Part shown: piece after piece, positions 10,324 through 20,171 of the stretch | Numbering within the stretch: position 1 is the stretch's first letter | How the letters are laid out: each line of letters starts with the position of its first letter | Source: an uncultured bacterium | GTDB taxonomy: Bacteria > Desulfobacterota_D > UBA1144 > Nemesobacterales > UBA2774 | DNA length: 64,000 bases | Assembly: GCA_963825135.1 (NCBI GenBank) | Contig: CAWGRW010000009.1 | Span: 1,824,001 to 1,888,000 of the forward strand | Reading direction: 5' to 3' | Notes under the pieces: generated by a model | What the model was told of the DNA's origin: nothing | The model's input: the letters and a program-made list of their open reading frames with translations, nothing else | The model's database searches: none | Translations under genes and position numbers: made by a program

Positions 10324-11086
10324 CCGCGAAGTCCCGTTCGGTTTTTATAAAAAACCTGTGACAGAGATAATAAAAGACCGACACTATCACGCTCACGAAG
10401 ATAAACTGCCACAATACTACTCCCCGCCCCTCGATGAGACACCTCCTCATGTTCTCGATAATAAAAGTCAGAGGATTGAAAAAAAGTATGAGCTTGAATT
10501 TCAGGCTCAGGTCGTCAATGGAGTAAAGTACGGGCGAGGCGAAGAAGAGAAGCTGTATTAGGAACCCGGTCGCGAGCTTGACGTCCCTGTAATAGACGTT
10601 AAGGCTCGAAAGAAGAAGGCTCACCGAAATGGTAAACGCGAACAGGAGCACGAGGAGCGGCAGCATCCATAGTATGTAATATGTGACGTGTATATGATAG
10701 ATAAACAGCATTGGTATAAAAATCACCGATGCGATTACATAGTCGAGAAACGCCAGGACTATCCCCGAGAGGGGGAGTATCTCCCTCGGAAAGTATATCT
10801 TGGTGATGAGGTAGTAATTCCCGGTCAGGCTCGTGAGGGAATAGTTCACCGATGACGCGAAAAAGGTCCACGGCAGGAGGCCCGAGTAAAAAAATATGGT
10901 CTTCGGGTAATCCGATACCGCCGCCTTGATGAGATACGTAAAAACGAACGTAAAGAGAAGCATCATGCTCAAGGGCTGAATCACGGCCCATAGAGCCCCG
11001 ATATAGGATTGGCGGTACCTTATACTGAGCTCCCGCCACACATAGACGAAAAAAAGGTCTCTATATGGTAATAGTCTTTTAAGCAT
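10313..11086 (-). CDS. wzm: Polysaccharide ABC transporter permease
   Basis: RYRQSYIG..W...QP, KIYFPRE, YYRD, FFASPVLY and NP motifs; multiple TM helices; overlaps wzt. Confidence 0.92.
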   Translation of the reverse strand: MLKRLLPYRDLFFVYVWRELSIRYRQSYIGALWAVIQPLSMMLLFTFVFTYLIKAAVSDYPKTIFFYSGLLPWTFFASSVNYSLTSLTGNYYLITKIYFPREILPLSGIVLAFLDYVIASVIFIPMLFIYHIHVTYYILWMLPLLVLLFAFTISVSLLLSSLNVYYRDVKLATGFLIQLLFFASPVLYSIDDLSLKFKLILFFNPLTFIIENMRRCLIEGRGVVLWQFIFVSVIVSVFYYLCHRFFIKTERDFADVI

Positions 11087-11121
11087 GGATTATCTAAACC
11101 CTCATAGGGTCAGGCCGGGTC

Positions 11122-12027
11122 TTAATTATACTCTAATTTTCTGCCCGTTACCGAATACAGGATGCCCAATACGAAGCCGAGGCCGAATTTTCCCTGCATC
11201 CTGTATTTTGTGCTGAAGGGGAATAAGAGCTTCGGAAGATGCCTCGACCCGTTAAGTAACAGCATGAGCCATATTATGAAGGGGTACCTCTTTTTAAGCT
11301 TCGCGAAGGACGCCCCGACGGCGGCCGCTTTATTCATGCTGCCCATAAGCAGAGGAGGGTGCATATAGCTTACGACATTCGAGCGCCTGAGCGTTTTTTT
11401 CGCGGCCGTCAGCCTCACTGCGAATTCGACATCCTCCTGACCGATCATCTCATCCACGAATCCGCCGAGCTCCCGCAAGGTCTCCCTCCTGTAAGCCATA
11501 CACCTGTTGGTGGGAAAATACGGCTCGTGGTAGCTGTATCTGTTCTTGATCAGACAATAGCTGGCGTTGCCGCGGGGAATAACCGCGTCCGCGTCCCAGT
11601 TCCCGAACTCGCCCGCCAATTTAGCGATGAATTCCCTGTCCGTTATGACCGTATCGTCATCCAGAAAGAGCAAGTACTTCCCGTTGGACTTGCCGAGACC
11701 GAAGTTTCTCGCGTAACCCATTACCCCGAAATTCTTGTCGATAGTGAAATATTGTAAATTTAGTAAGGGTTTGTATTCTCTGAATATAGCTCCTCCGTCC
11801 GCAGTCCCCCCTCTATCCTCAACCAGGACGACCTCGAACCTGCTTTTGTCATAATTCTGCTCGGCCAGGCTCGTAAGAATTCCCCTCAGGAGGTTGACTC
11901 TCCCGTAGAAGTTAATGATGCAGGAAACCTCACAGTACGGATCTCCGTCCCCGACAACGGCGTCGCCCTTCAGCGGGAAAGGGAATTTGTTGAAAGCGGC
12001 GGATAGTATCCTTGATCTAATATCCAT
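11122..12027 (-). CDS. GT2 glycosyltransferase
   Basis: ARNFG, LFLDDD, LGGF and QEDVEF motifs; start moved to ATG 12027 (MDIRS) to avoid overlap with the divergent macro gene. Confidence 0.85.
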   Translation of the reverse strand: MDIRSRILSAAFNKFPFPLKGDAVVGDGDPYCEVSCIINFYGRVNLLRGILTSLAEQNYDKSRFEVVLVEDRGGTADGGAIFREYKPLLNLQYFTIDKNFGVMGYARNFGLGKSNGKYLLFLDDDTVITDREFIAKLAGEFGNWDADAVIPRGNASYCLIKNRYSYHEPYFPTNRCMAYRRETLRELGGFVDEMIGQEDVEFAVRLTAAKKTLRRSNVVSYMHPPLLMGSMNKAAAVGASFAKLKKRYPFIIWLMLLLNGSRHLPKLLFPFSTKYRMQGKFGLGFVLGILYSVTGRKLEYN

Positions 12028-12103
12028 TCGATTGTTGAGGCATTCGAGGTTATAGATTAAATTAGTAATTTTATCGATACAAAAGTCAAGGGTTATATCT
12101 AGC

Positions 12104-12631
12104 ATGGGTAAGTGCGGGAAGATAGAGGTCATAATGGGCGATATTACCGATATGGACGCAGGCGCAATAGTGAACGCCGCCAACACAGAGTTGATATTGG
12201 GGAGCGGCGTTGCCGGGGCCATAAGGAATAAAGGGGGGCCCGTGATTCAGGAAGAGTGTTATCGTATCGGACCGATACCGCTGGGCGAGGCTGCGGTTAC
12301 AGGCGGCGGGGCGCTTAAAGCCCGTTACGTCATACACGCGGCAGGCATGCGCCCGGGCGGCGGAGTCGGCAGGGAATCGCTGGTTAACGCGACCAGGAAC
12401 AGTCTGCGCAGGGCTGACGAGAGACGGATCGCGACGGTTGCGTTTCCCGCCATAGGAACGGGCGCAGGCGGCTTTCCGGTCAAAGAGTGCGCCCGGATAA
12501 TGACTGAAACCGTTTCGGACTATCTGGAACGGGAAAACAGTTCGATTGAAAAAGTATTCTTCGTCCTGTTCGACGAGTCTGCATTCAGGGTCTTCGAAAA
12601 GGTGTTATCTGGCAAACAGGTCGTTTCATAA
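12104..12631 (+). CDS. Macro domain protein (O-acetyl-ADP-ribose deacetylase / ADP-ribosylhydrolase-like)
   Basis: GDIT, AIVNAAN, GSGVAGAI, VIHA and AFPAIGTG motifs. Confidence 0.93.
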   Translation: MGKCGKIEVIMGDITDMDAGAIVNAANTELILGSGVAGAIRNKGGPVIQEECYRIGPIPLGEAAVTGGGALKARYVIHAAGMRPGGGVGRESLVNATRNSLRRADERRIATVAFPAIGTGAGGFPVKECARIMTETVSDYLERENSSIEKVFFVLFDESAFRVFEKVLSGKQVVS

Positions 12632-12634
12632 CGC

Positions 12635-13240
12635 ATGCAAATTCAATCGCTGGACAATACTGTTAGTGAGCTAGAGCGGCTCTTACAATCCGAGCGTCCC
12701 GTAAAGATAACCGGAGAGGGAGATCTTGTGCACGCCGCCGTCATGATAATTCTGAGTGAAAGCCCGGATGGCCTCTCTATGCTCTTCATCAAAAGGCCTG
12801 AGAGTGAAATTGATGCCTTCTCCGGCCACATGGCGTTCCCGGGAGGGAAGATGAAGGAGGGGGATGAAAACAAGCTCGCTACGGCTATGCGGGAGACCCT
12901 GGAGGAGATAGGGATCGATCTCTATACGAGCGGCCGGGTAATAGGGGAGCTCGATGACGTTAATCCGAATAACCCGAGGGCGAGCAACTTTATAGTTACC
13001 CCCTATATCTCCTTGCTTGAGGAAGAGGTTCCGTTGAGGCTTAACCTCCTCGAGGTGGAAGCCGCTGTCTGGGTGCCCATGAAGCATCTGACCGATGACA
13101 GGTTTTTTAAAGTGCGGTTCAGGGAGAAGAACGGAATATTGGTCGAAGACTATGTATACAGCTTTGAGCGCTACGTGATATGGGGGATGACGGGCAGGAT
13201 ACTACACAGGTTCCTTTCATTTTCTGCGCATCTTTTCTGA
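12635..13240 (+). CDS. Nudix hydrolase, CoA pyrophosphatase-like
   Basis: [20 protein letters not shown] Nudix box and IWGMTG. Confidence 0.9.
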   Translation: MQIQSLDNTVSELERLLQSERPVKITGEGDLVHAAVMIILSESPDGLSMLFIKRPESEIDAFSGHMAFPGGKMKEGDENKLATAMRETLEEIGIDLYTSGRVIGELDDVNPNNPRASNFIVTPYISLLEEEVPLRLNLLEVEAAVWVPMKHLTDDRFFKVRFREKNGILVEDYVYSFERYVIWGMTGRILHRFLSFSAHLF

Positions 13241-13310
13241 ATTCTGGATTTTAACAGCCGCAAATGATAGAATTCCGGATAAGATATATAATATATACAG
13301 GGAGATAATA

Positions 13311-13742
13311 ATGCGGGGAGTAAATAAAGTAATTTTAATCGGCAACTTGGGGCGGGATCCCGAAATAAGATATACGACGAGCGGCCAGGCGGTTGCGAAT
13401 TTCACGATAGCGACGACAGAAGGGCGTTCGAACAAGGAAGGGGAGAAGCAGGAATATACCGAATGGCACCGCATAGTTGCCTGGGGGAGACTCGCCGAGA
13501 TTTGCGGCGAGTACCTGTCAAAGGGAAAAATGATTTACGTCGAAGGCTCAATAAGGACGCGCTCCTGGGAGGACAAGGAAGGCAAAACCAGGTGGACAAC
13601 AGAGATTGTGGCAAAGAGTATGCAGATGCTGAGTCCGGCCGGCGGTAAGGCGGAGCCTGCTTCGGGGCGCGAAGACCGTGTGCCGGATGACTTCGATATC
13701 GACGAGGATTCATTCAGCTCCGAGGATGATATCCCGTTTTAA
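13311..13742 (+). CDS. ssb: Single-stranded DNA-binding protein
   Basis: [18 protein letters not shown] and acidic C-terminal DDIPF. Confidence 0.98.
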   Translation: MRGVNKVILIGNLGRDPEIRYTTSGQAVANFTIATTEGRSNKEGEKQEYTEWHRIVAWGRLAEICGEYLSKGKMIYVEGSIRTRSWEDKEGKTRWTTEIVAKSMQMLSPAGGKAEPASGREDRVPDDFDIDEDSFSSEDDIPF

Positions 13743-13835
13743 TTTCGCTACTCAAGTCGGCTGGTTGATAACACTGTCCGTCTCAATTCTCACAGCCGTT
13801 CGAATTCGGTCTCTATATCGGAATCTGAGAATCCA

Positions 13836-14192
13836 ATGAAGAACACAAATATAAAAAGAGTTGAAAAACCGTGGGGTTATGAGTTATGGTGGGCCCAAAC
13901 GGACAAATACGTCGGGAAGATACTCCACATAAATAAGGGGGAGAGCCTGAGTTACCAGTATCACAAAATAAAAGACGAATCCCTTTATGTCAACAGTGGG
14001 AAAATGGAGCTGGAATATCAGGAAGAGGGTGGGGAGAAGGAAACCCTGACGCTCTCGGCCGGGAGTTCCGTCAGAATCAGGCCATATACCAAACACAGGA
14101 TGACCGCACTTGAGGACTGTGATGTGTTCGAAGTCTCAACCCCCGAAATCGATGATATAGTTAGGATCGAGGACAGATACGGGAGGTCATGA
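13836..14192 (+). CDS. Cupin domain protein (resembles the PMI type II C-terminal domain)
   Basis: KPWG, LSYQYH..K.E, HR, EVSTP and RIEDRYGR motifs. Confidence 0.85.
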   Translation: MKNTNIKRVEKPWGYELWWAQTDKYVGKILHINKGESLSYQYHKIKDESLYVNSGKMELEYQEEGGEKETLTLSAGSSVRIRPYTKHRMTALEDCDVFEVSTPEIDDIVRIEDRYGRS

Positions 14193-15586
14193 CCCAGGAT
14201 ATGAGTGTAGCGGCGGTCGTTCTTGCAGCCGGTAACGGAAAGAGAATGAAATCGAGGGTTCCCAAGGTGCTGCACCCGGTCTTGGGAAGGCCCATGCTGA
14301 GCTATGTCATAAACGCGGTCAGGGGCATTTCACCGAAAAAAATAATCGTGGTCGTGGGTCAAGACGGGGGTGACGTAAGAGAATCGGTCAGCGCAAAGGA
14401 TGTTCGCTTTGCCGAGCAGAAGGTTCAGCTCGGGACCGGTCATGCCGCGAGCTGCGCCCGAAAAGAGCTCGAAGGGTTTAGAGGGAATATTATAATTTTG
14501 AACGGTGATTTCCCGCTTATAACTACTAAATCCCTTAAACACCTAATCAGGAGACACGAAAACGAAAGGGCCGATGTCTCGTTTCTAACCGCCGAAATTG
14601 ATAGCCCTTCGGGATACGGAAGGGTCTTCAGGAACCGGAAGGGAGAAGTAGAGAGAATTATCGAGGAAAAGGATGCTTCGCCCGCCGATAAGAAAATAAC
14701 GGAGATTAACTCGGGGACTTATTGTGTTAAATCCGGTTTTCTCTGGGAAGCGCTGAACGGCGTACGTCCGGGGAACAGACAAAAGGAATTTTATCTGACC
14801 GATATAATCGAAATAGCGAAAAAAGGCTCCCGCAAAATTCAGGGAGTGCTGTCGCGTGACGGAAGCGAGGCCTTGGGGGTAAACGACCGGGTCCAGTTGT
14901 CGGAGGTCGAGGCTTTGCTCAAGAAGAGGGTCAACGATTCTCTTATGCGCGCGGGAGTGTCGCTGGTCGATCCCGGGACGACGTTTATCTCGCCTGACGT
15001 CGAAATCGGCGCTGACTCCGTGATATACCCGAATACATATATTTACGGGAAAACCGTCATAGGCAGGGGTTCCAGCATCGGTCCCGGCGTGTGGATCGAA
15101 GACTCGATTCTCGGAAACGGCGTAACCGTAAGGATGTCAACTTACATTTCGAAAGCCCTCATCAGGGACAAGGTAACCATAGGCCCATTCGCCCACATTC
15201 GCCCCGAGGCCGAACTCATGGACGGCGCGAAGATAGGGAATTTCGTAGAGATTAAGAAGTCCAGGATCGGCAGCGGCTCTAAGGTCCCGCATCTCTCCTA
15301 TGTGGGGGACGCGGTCATCGGGAAGGACGTAAATATAGGGGCAGGGTCCATTACCTGCAACTACGACGGGTTCCTCAAGCACGAGACCGTCATCGACGAC
15401 GATGTATTCATCGGAAGCGACACGATGCTTGTCGCGCCGGTCAGGATCGGCAAAGGCGCTACGACCGGGGCGGGCTCTACGATTACAAAGGACGTCCCCG
15501 AAGGGGCTCTCGCTATCGGCAGAGCCAAACAGACTGTAATAGAGAGCTGGAACAGAAAACCCAGGGAAGAGAAGGCTAAGAAATAA
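14189..15586 (+). CDS. glmU: Bifunctional UDP-GlcNAc pyrophosphorylase / glucosamine-1-P acetyltransferase
   Basis: LAAGNGKRMKS..PKVLH, QLGTGHA, GNFVE, HLSYVGD and CNYDG. Confidence 0.97.
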   Translation: MTQDMSVAAVVLAAGNGKRMKSRVPKVLHPVLGRPMLSYVINAVRGISPKKIIVVVGQDGGDVRESVSAKDVRFAEQKVQLGTGHAASCARKELEGFRGNIIILNGDFPLITTKSLKHLIRRHENERADVSFLTAEIDSPSGYGRVFRNRKGEVERIIEEKDASPADKKITEINSGTYCVKSGFLWEALNGVRPGNRQKEFYLTDIIEIAKKGSRKIQGVLSRDGSEALGVNDRVQLSEVEALLKKRVNDSLMRAGVSLVDPGTTFISPDVEIGADSVIYPNTYIYGKTVIGRGSSIGPGVWIEDSILGNGVTVRMSTYISKALIRDKVTIGPFAHIRPEAELMDGAKIGNFVEIKKSRIGSGSKVPHLSYVGDAVIGKDVNIGAGSITCNYDGFLKHETVIDDDVFIGSDTMLVAPVRIGKGATTGAGSTITKDVPEGALAIGRAKQTVIESWNRKPREEKAKK

Positions 15587-17419
15587 ATGTGCGGAATAGT
15601 AGGCTACGTCGGTAATCAGCAAAAAACGGTCAATGTCTTATTAGAAGGCCTCACACGGCTCGAATACAGGGGGTACGATTCGTCCGGGATCGCGCTCATG
15701 GAAGGGGGCCATCCCAAGGTATTCAAATGCACCGGAAAGCTCGCCAACCTTAAAAAAAAGATCGGGAAGCAGCACCTTCAGGGGTTACTCGGGATAGGGC
15801 ATACGAGGTGGGCGACTCACGGTGAAGCGACCGAGAAGAACGCGCATCCTCATGTTTCCGGGGGGACCTCGGTAGTACATAACGGAATCATAGAAAATTA
15901 TTCGGAGCTTAAAACGGAGCTCCTGAAAAAGGGTTATAAATTTTATTCCGACACTGATACCGAAGTCCTGGCGCATCTCATCGAGAGCTATTGTGATCTC
16001 GATATCTCGTTTGAAGACGCCGTCAGGGCGGCGTTCAGAAGGGTGGAAGGCTCGTATGCGGTGGCGGTCATTTCTGACAGGGCCCCCGATAAAGTTATCG
16101 CGACTAGGAAATTCTCGCCGCTTATCGTAGCTGTCGGTGATCACGAGAATTATCTGGCGTCCGACGTTCCGGCGATTCTGCCTTATTGCAGGAACGTTAT
16201 ATATCTGGAGGACGGGGACGTCGCCGTGCTCGAAAGGGACTCCGTCATTATTACTGACCTTTACGGCAACAAGATCGAGAGGAGCCAGCAGACCATTAAC
16301 TGGGACCCTGTTTCTGCCGAAAAGTGCGGGTACCGCCATTTCATGATTAAGGAAATCCATGAGCAGCCCCAGGCGGTGCTCGATACGCTCAGGGGCAGAT
16401 TCTCCGAAGAGACCGGCGAGGTATTCTTCGAGGGGTTCGAGGACCATCTCTATAAAGATATAAACCGGATTATCGCCCTTGCCTGCGGTACGTCCTATCA
16501 CGCGTCCCTTATCGGCAAGTATATGATCGAGGCCGTATCCAGGGTCCCCGTTCAGGTCGATATCGCGTCAGAATTTCGTTACCGGGATCCGATTCTGGAC
16601 GAGAACACCCTGGCAATTGCCGTCTCCCAATCGGGTGAGACTGCGGATACATCGGAGGCTCTCACAGAAGCCAGATCGGGCGGGGCAAAGACCCTCGGTA
16701 TAACGAATGTACATATGAGCAAGATTGCCCGGGACGCCGAAAATGTCATCTATACTCACGCGGGTCCCGAGATCGGAGTCGCGTCCACAAAGGCCTTTAC
16801 GACTCAGCTCATCGCCTTTTACCTGTTATCGATTTATCTCGGCAGGATAAAAAAGCGGATAGACGCGAAAAGGTCGTTGGAGCTTATCAGAGACGCTATC
16901 AGGATACCTCAGCTCATTGAAATGACGCTCAGGCTGGATGACGAAATAAAGGACCTCGCGAAGGAATTTTTTCAATACCGGAACTTCCTCTACCTGGGGC
17001 GCGGAATCAACTACCCGGTCGCGTTCGAAGGTGCGTTAAAACTCAAGGAAGTTTCGTATATACACGCGGAAGGCTATGCGGCGGGCGAGATGAAGCACGG
17101 GCCTATAGCCCTGATCGACGATGAAATGCCCGTGGTCCTTATAGCCCCGAACGACGGTATCACGTACAGGAAGATACTCGGGAACTTGCAGGAGGTGAGG
17201 GCCCGGAACGGCAAGGTGATATTCCTCACCTCCGAGACCTCTCTGGACGATGTAAGGGGCAACGTCGACCGTATTATAGAAATCCCTCCGTGTAACTATC
17301 TCTTAAGTCCCGTAATCTCCGTAATCCCGCTTCAGCTCCTCGCCTACCATATAGCCGTGTTGAAGGGGACCGATGTGGATCAGCCGAGGAACCTGGCGAA
17401 GGTCGTCACTGTCGAGTAG
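15587..17419 (+). CDS. glmS: Glutamine--fructose-6-phosphate aminotransferase
   Basis: MCGIVG, GHTRWATHG, SQSGETAD and PRNLAKVVTVE. Confidence 0.98.
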   Translation: MCGIVGYVGNQQKTVNVLLEGLTRLEYRGYDSSGIALMEGGHPKVFKCTGKLANLKKKIGKQHLQGLLGIGHTRWATHGEATEKNAHPHVSGGTSVVHNGIIENYSELKTELLKKGYKFYSDTDTEVLAHLIESYCDLDISFEDAVRAAFRRVEGSYAVAVISDRAPDKVIATRKFSPLIVAVGDHENYLASDVPAILPYCRNVIYLEDGDVAVLERDSVIITDLYGNKIERSQQTINWDPVSAEKCGYRHFMIKEIHEQPQAVLDTLRGRFSEETGEVFFEGFEDHLYKDINRIIALACGTSYHASLIGKYMIEAVSRVPVQVDIASEFRYRDPILDENTLAIAVSQSGETADTSEALTEARSGGAKTLGITNVHMSKIARDAENVIYTHAGPEIGVASTKAFTTQLIAFYLLSIYLGRIKKRIDAKRSLELIRDAIRIPQLIEMTLRLDDEIKDLAKEFFQYRNFLYLGRGINYPVAFEGALKLKEVSYIHAEGYAAGEMKHGPIALIDDEMPVVLIAPNDGITYRKILGNLQEVRARNGKVIFLTSETSLDDVRGNVDRIIEIPPCNYLLSPVISVIPLQLLAYHIAVLKGTDVDQPRNLAKVVTVE

Positions 17420-17580
17420 CGGGTCTTATGTGCGATACTTCTGTGTAAATCTAAATAATCATCGATACACCCTCACGCCCGGATCCGATTAAACACTCCT
17501 CATTTCCAAACGCTATAATATCTGGTAAATTTACGGGCTTCTCGCAGTATTAAACCGAAAATTAAGGGGTTACCATTACA

Positions 17581-18897
17581 ATGAAAGTGCTTGTTGTCGG
17601 GTCCGGCGGCAGGGAACATGCCCTGTGCTGGAAAATAAGGCAGAGCCCGTTAGTGAAGACTCTTTACTGCGCCCCGGGCAATCCCGGGATTTCCAGGAGC
17701 GCCAAGTGTGTGGACATCAAGGTCTCCGATATCGAGGGTCTTCTCAGGTTTGCAAGGGCCGAAGAAGTCGATCTCACGGTGGTCGGGCCCGAGTTCCCGC
17801 TCTCTCTAGGTATCGCCGACAGGTTCAACGAAGAGGGACTCGCGGTTTTTGGTCCGACGAAAGCCGCTTCCGAGATCGAGACGAGCAAGGTCTACTCAAA
17901 GAACCTGATGAGGAAATACGGCATACCGACCGCCTTTTTCTCCACGTTCGAGGATTTTGAGATGGCGGTGGAGTGGGTAAAAGAGGTAAAACCCCCACTC
18001 GTAATTAAGGCCGACGGCCTGGCCTCGGGTAAAGGCGTATTCATTTGCCGGACGGAGAAGGACGCATACGAGGTTCTGGACGATATAATGAGGCGGAAAA
18101 TCTTCGGCGATTCGGGCGACAGGGTGGTCATCGAGGAATTCCTTTCAGGCGAGGAAGCTTCGTTTTTCGCTGTCACGGACGGGACGAATGTATTGCCTCT
18201 CGAATCGTGCCAGGACCATAAAGCCCTCCTCGACGGAGACCAGGGGCCCAATACCGGGGGCATGGGCGCGTATTCGCCCGCTCCCATTATCACTCCCGGG
18301 ATGTCGGAAGTGATTATGAGCAGGATAATAATCCCGACCGTTAGAGCGCTAAAAGAAGAAGGCAGGGAATATAAGGGGGTTCTGTACGCGGGCCTTATGA
18401 TCGAGGGTACGGAGTCAAGAGTCCTGGAATATAACTGCAGATTCGGAGACCCGGAGACCCAGCCCCTCATGATGAGGATGGTTTCGGACATTATACCGCT
18501 GCTGAGCGCGGTTGCGGGGCGGGGTCTTTCGGATGAAAAGGTCGAATGGAAGGACGAGGCTTCCGTGTGCGTGGTCATGGCTTCGAAGGGGTACCCCGGG
18601 GATTACAAGAAGGGGGCCCTGATAACCGGTCTCGACAGGGTGGAGGGTATGGAAAACGTAGTTGCATTCCATTCCGGCACCTCCGCGAGTAACGGAAATA
18701 TACTGACCGACGGCGGGAGAGTCCTCGGTATTACGGCCCTCGGGCGGACGATTCCCGACGCCATAAACCTTGCATACCAAGCGGTTGGGAAGGTAAACTG
18801 TGATTCTCTCTGCTACAGAACCGACATAGGAGAAAAAGCGCTTCGGCACGTTTTGTTTACGGATCAAGAAGGCGACATGAAGAGGAAGGAGTCATAA
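17581..18897 (+). CDS. purD: Phosphoribosylamine--glycine ligase
   Basis: VGSGGREHAL, KADGLASGKGV, GPNTGGMG and RFGDPE. Confidence 0.98.
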   Translation: MKVLVVGSGGREHALCWKIRQSPLVKTLYCAPGNPGISRSAKCVDIKVSDIEGLLRFARAEEVDLTVVGPEFPLSLGIADRFNEEGLAVFGPTKAASEIETSKVYSKNLMRKYGIPTAFFSTFEDFEMAVEWVKEVKPPLVIKADGLASGKGVFICRTEKDAYEVLDDIMRRKIFGDSGDRVVIEEFLSGEEASFFAVTDGTNVLPLESCQDHKALLDGDQGPNTGGMGAYSPAPIITPGMSEVIMSRIIIPTVRALKEEGREYKGVLYAGLMIEGTESRVLEYNCRFGDPETQPLMMRMVSDIIPLLSAVAGRGLSDEKVEWKDEASVCVVMASKGYPGDYKKGALITGLDRVEGMENVVAFHSGTSASNGNILTDGGRVLGITALGRTIPDAINLAYQAVGKVNCDSLCYRTDIGEKALRHVLFTDQEGDMKRKES

Positions 18898-18898
18898 C

Positions 18899-19213
18899 AT
18901 GGCTGAAATCTGGTATTTACCTATTGATACTGAATCACTCGAGGGCCTGGAGGCCCAGTACGAGCGGGATTTTCGCGACGGTATTGAGCTCCTTGAGCTC
19001 ACGCCCGCAAAATGGCAGTGCGAGCCCGAGGGATTCCCCAAGCTCAAGACCGGGGATCCGCTTGTGGACGACAGCGGGTACGTTCATGTGATGATGAGAG
19101 TGACCGGGGAAGAGGTCGACAAGTACGAGGATAAGAGGTGGAAGCCAGGATGGTATAAGTCCTCTCTCACCTTAGTCGGGTTTGAAAAAAATCTAAGGAA
19201 AAAACCTAAATAA
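18899..19213 (+). CDS. Hypothetical protein (104 aa)
   Basis: AGGAAGGAG RBS, abuts purD, host-like codon usage; no recognised motif. Confidence 0.75.
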   Translation: MAEIWYLPIDTESLEGLEAQYERDFRDGIELLELTPAKWQCEPEGFPKLKTGDPLVDDSGYVHVMMRVTGEEVDKYEDKRWKPGWYKSSLTLVGFEKNLRKKPK

Positions 19214-19227
19214 TTGGTCTTTTTGTC

Positions 19228-19257
19228 TTGACAGCAGTTTTCTTTTCGGGATATATT
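19228..19257 (+). promoter_or_regulatory. Sigma70-like promoter of the str/ribosomal superoperon
   Basis: TTGACA (19228-33), 18-nt spacer, TATATT (19252-57), upstream of rpsL. Confidence 0.6.
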
Positions 19258-19290
19258 AATTGGATTACCTTTTTATGGAGATAAGTATTC

Positions 19291-19662
19291 GTGCCTACAA
19301 TCAGTCAGCTGGTAAAAGATGGGAGAAGAAGGGCTAAAAAGAAGAGTAAAGCCCCGGCTTTACAGAATTGTCCTCAGAGGAGAGGGGTCTGCGTCAGGGT
19401 TTACACCACCACCCCGAAAAAGCCTAATTCGGCGCTTAGAAAAGTAGCCCGTATCAGGCTGACAAACGGTATCGAAGTAACCGGTTACATACCGGGGGAA
19501 GGGCATACGCTTCAGGAACACTCCGTAATACTGGTAAGGGGCGGAAGGGTGAAGGACTTGCCGGGTGTGAGGTATCACATCGTAAGAGGCACACTCGACT
19601 CGACCGGAGTGGCTAACAGAAGGCAGAGCCGTTCTAAATACGGGGCTAAAAAACCCAAATAA
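19291..19662 (+). CDS. rpsL: 30S ribosomal protein S12
   Basis: [10 protein letters not shown] and [13 protein letters not shown] start. Confidence 0.99.
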   Translation: MPTISQLVKDGRRRAKKKSKAPALQNCPQRRGVCVRVYTTTPKKPNSALRKVARIRLTNGIEVTGYIPGEGHTLQEHSVILVRGGRVKDLPGVRYHIVRGTLDSTGVANRRQSRSKYGAKKPK

Positions 19663-19680
19663 TCAAAGGGAACAACAGAT

Positions 19681-20151
19681 ATGCCTAGAAAGGGATCAGT
19701 TTCTAAAAGAAAAGTGCCCGTCGATCCTAAATTTGTTGATTTGACGGTCGCGAAGTTCATCAACTCGCTTATGTACGACGGCAAAAAGAGCAAGGCGGAG
19801 AAGATATTCTACGGTTCGCTCAAGCTGATTGCCGAGAAGACCGGAAAGGACCCCCTGGAGGTCTTCCGCGCAGCCATGGACAACGTAAAACCGGGTATAG
19901 AGGTCAGGCCGCGCAGGGTCGGCGGTGCGACTTATCAGGTGCCTATGGAGGTAAGCTCCTTCAGGCGGCAGTCCCTGGCGGTTAGGTGGATACTGGTCGC
20001 GGCAAGGAAAAGAGACGGAAAGTCCCTGATCGACAAGCTTACGGGCGAGATACTGGATGCCTCGGAGGGCCGCGGCGGGGCCATAAAAAAGAGAGAAGAT
20101 ACGCATAAGATGGCGGATGCCAACAGGGCTTTCGCCCATTACAGGTGGTAA
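19681..20151 (+). CDS. rpsG: 30S ribosomal protein S7
   Basis: [11 protein letters not shown] and [10 protein letters not shown]. Confidence 0.99.
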   Translation: MPRKGSVSKRKVPVDPKFVDLTVAKFINSLMYDGKKSKAEKIFYGSLKLIAEKTGKDPLEVFRAAMDNVKPGIEVRPRRVGGATYQVPMEVSSFRRQSLAVRWILVAARKRDGKSLIDKLTGEILDASEGRGGAIKKREDTHKMADANRAFAHYRW

Positions 20152-20171
20152 TAGATCGAGGAGGAGTAATT

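Noticed and set aside
12028..12222. 65-aa N-terminal extension of the GT2 ORF 11122-12222
   Set aside because: It overlaps the well-supported divergent macro gene; ATG 12027 gives a normal GT2
15570..15590. glmS ribozyme
   Set aside because: The glmU stop directly abuts the glmS start (TAAATG), leaving no leader
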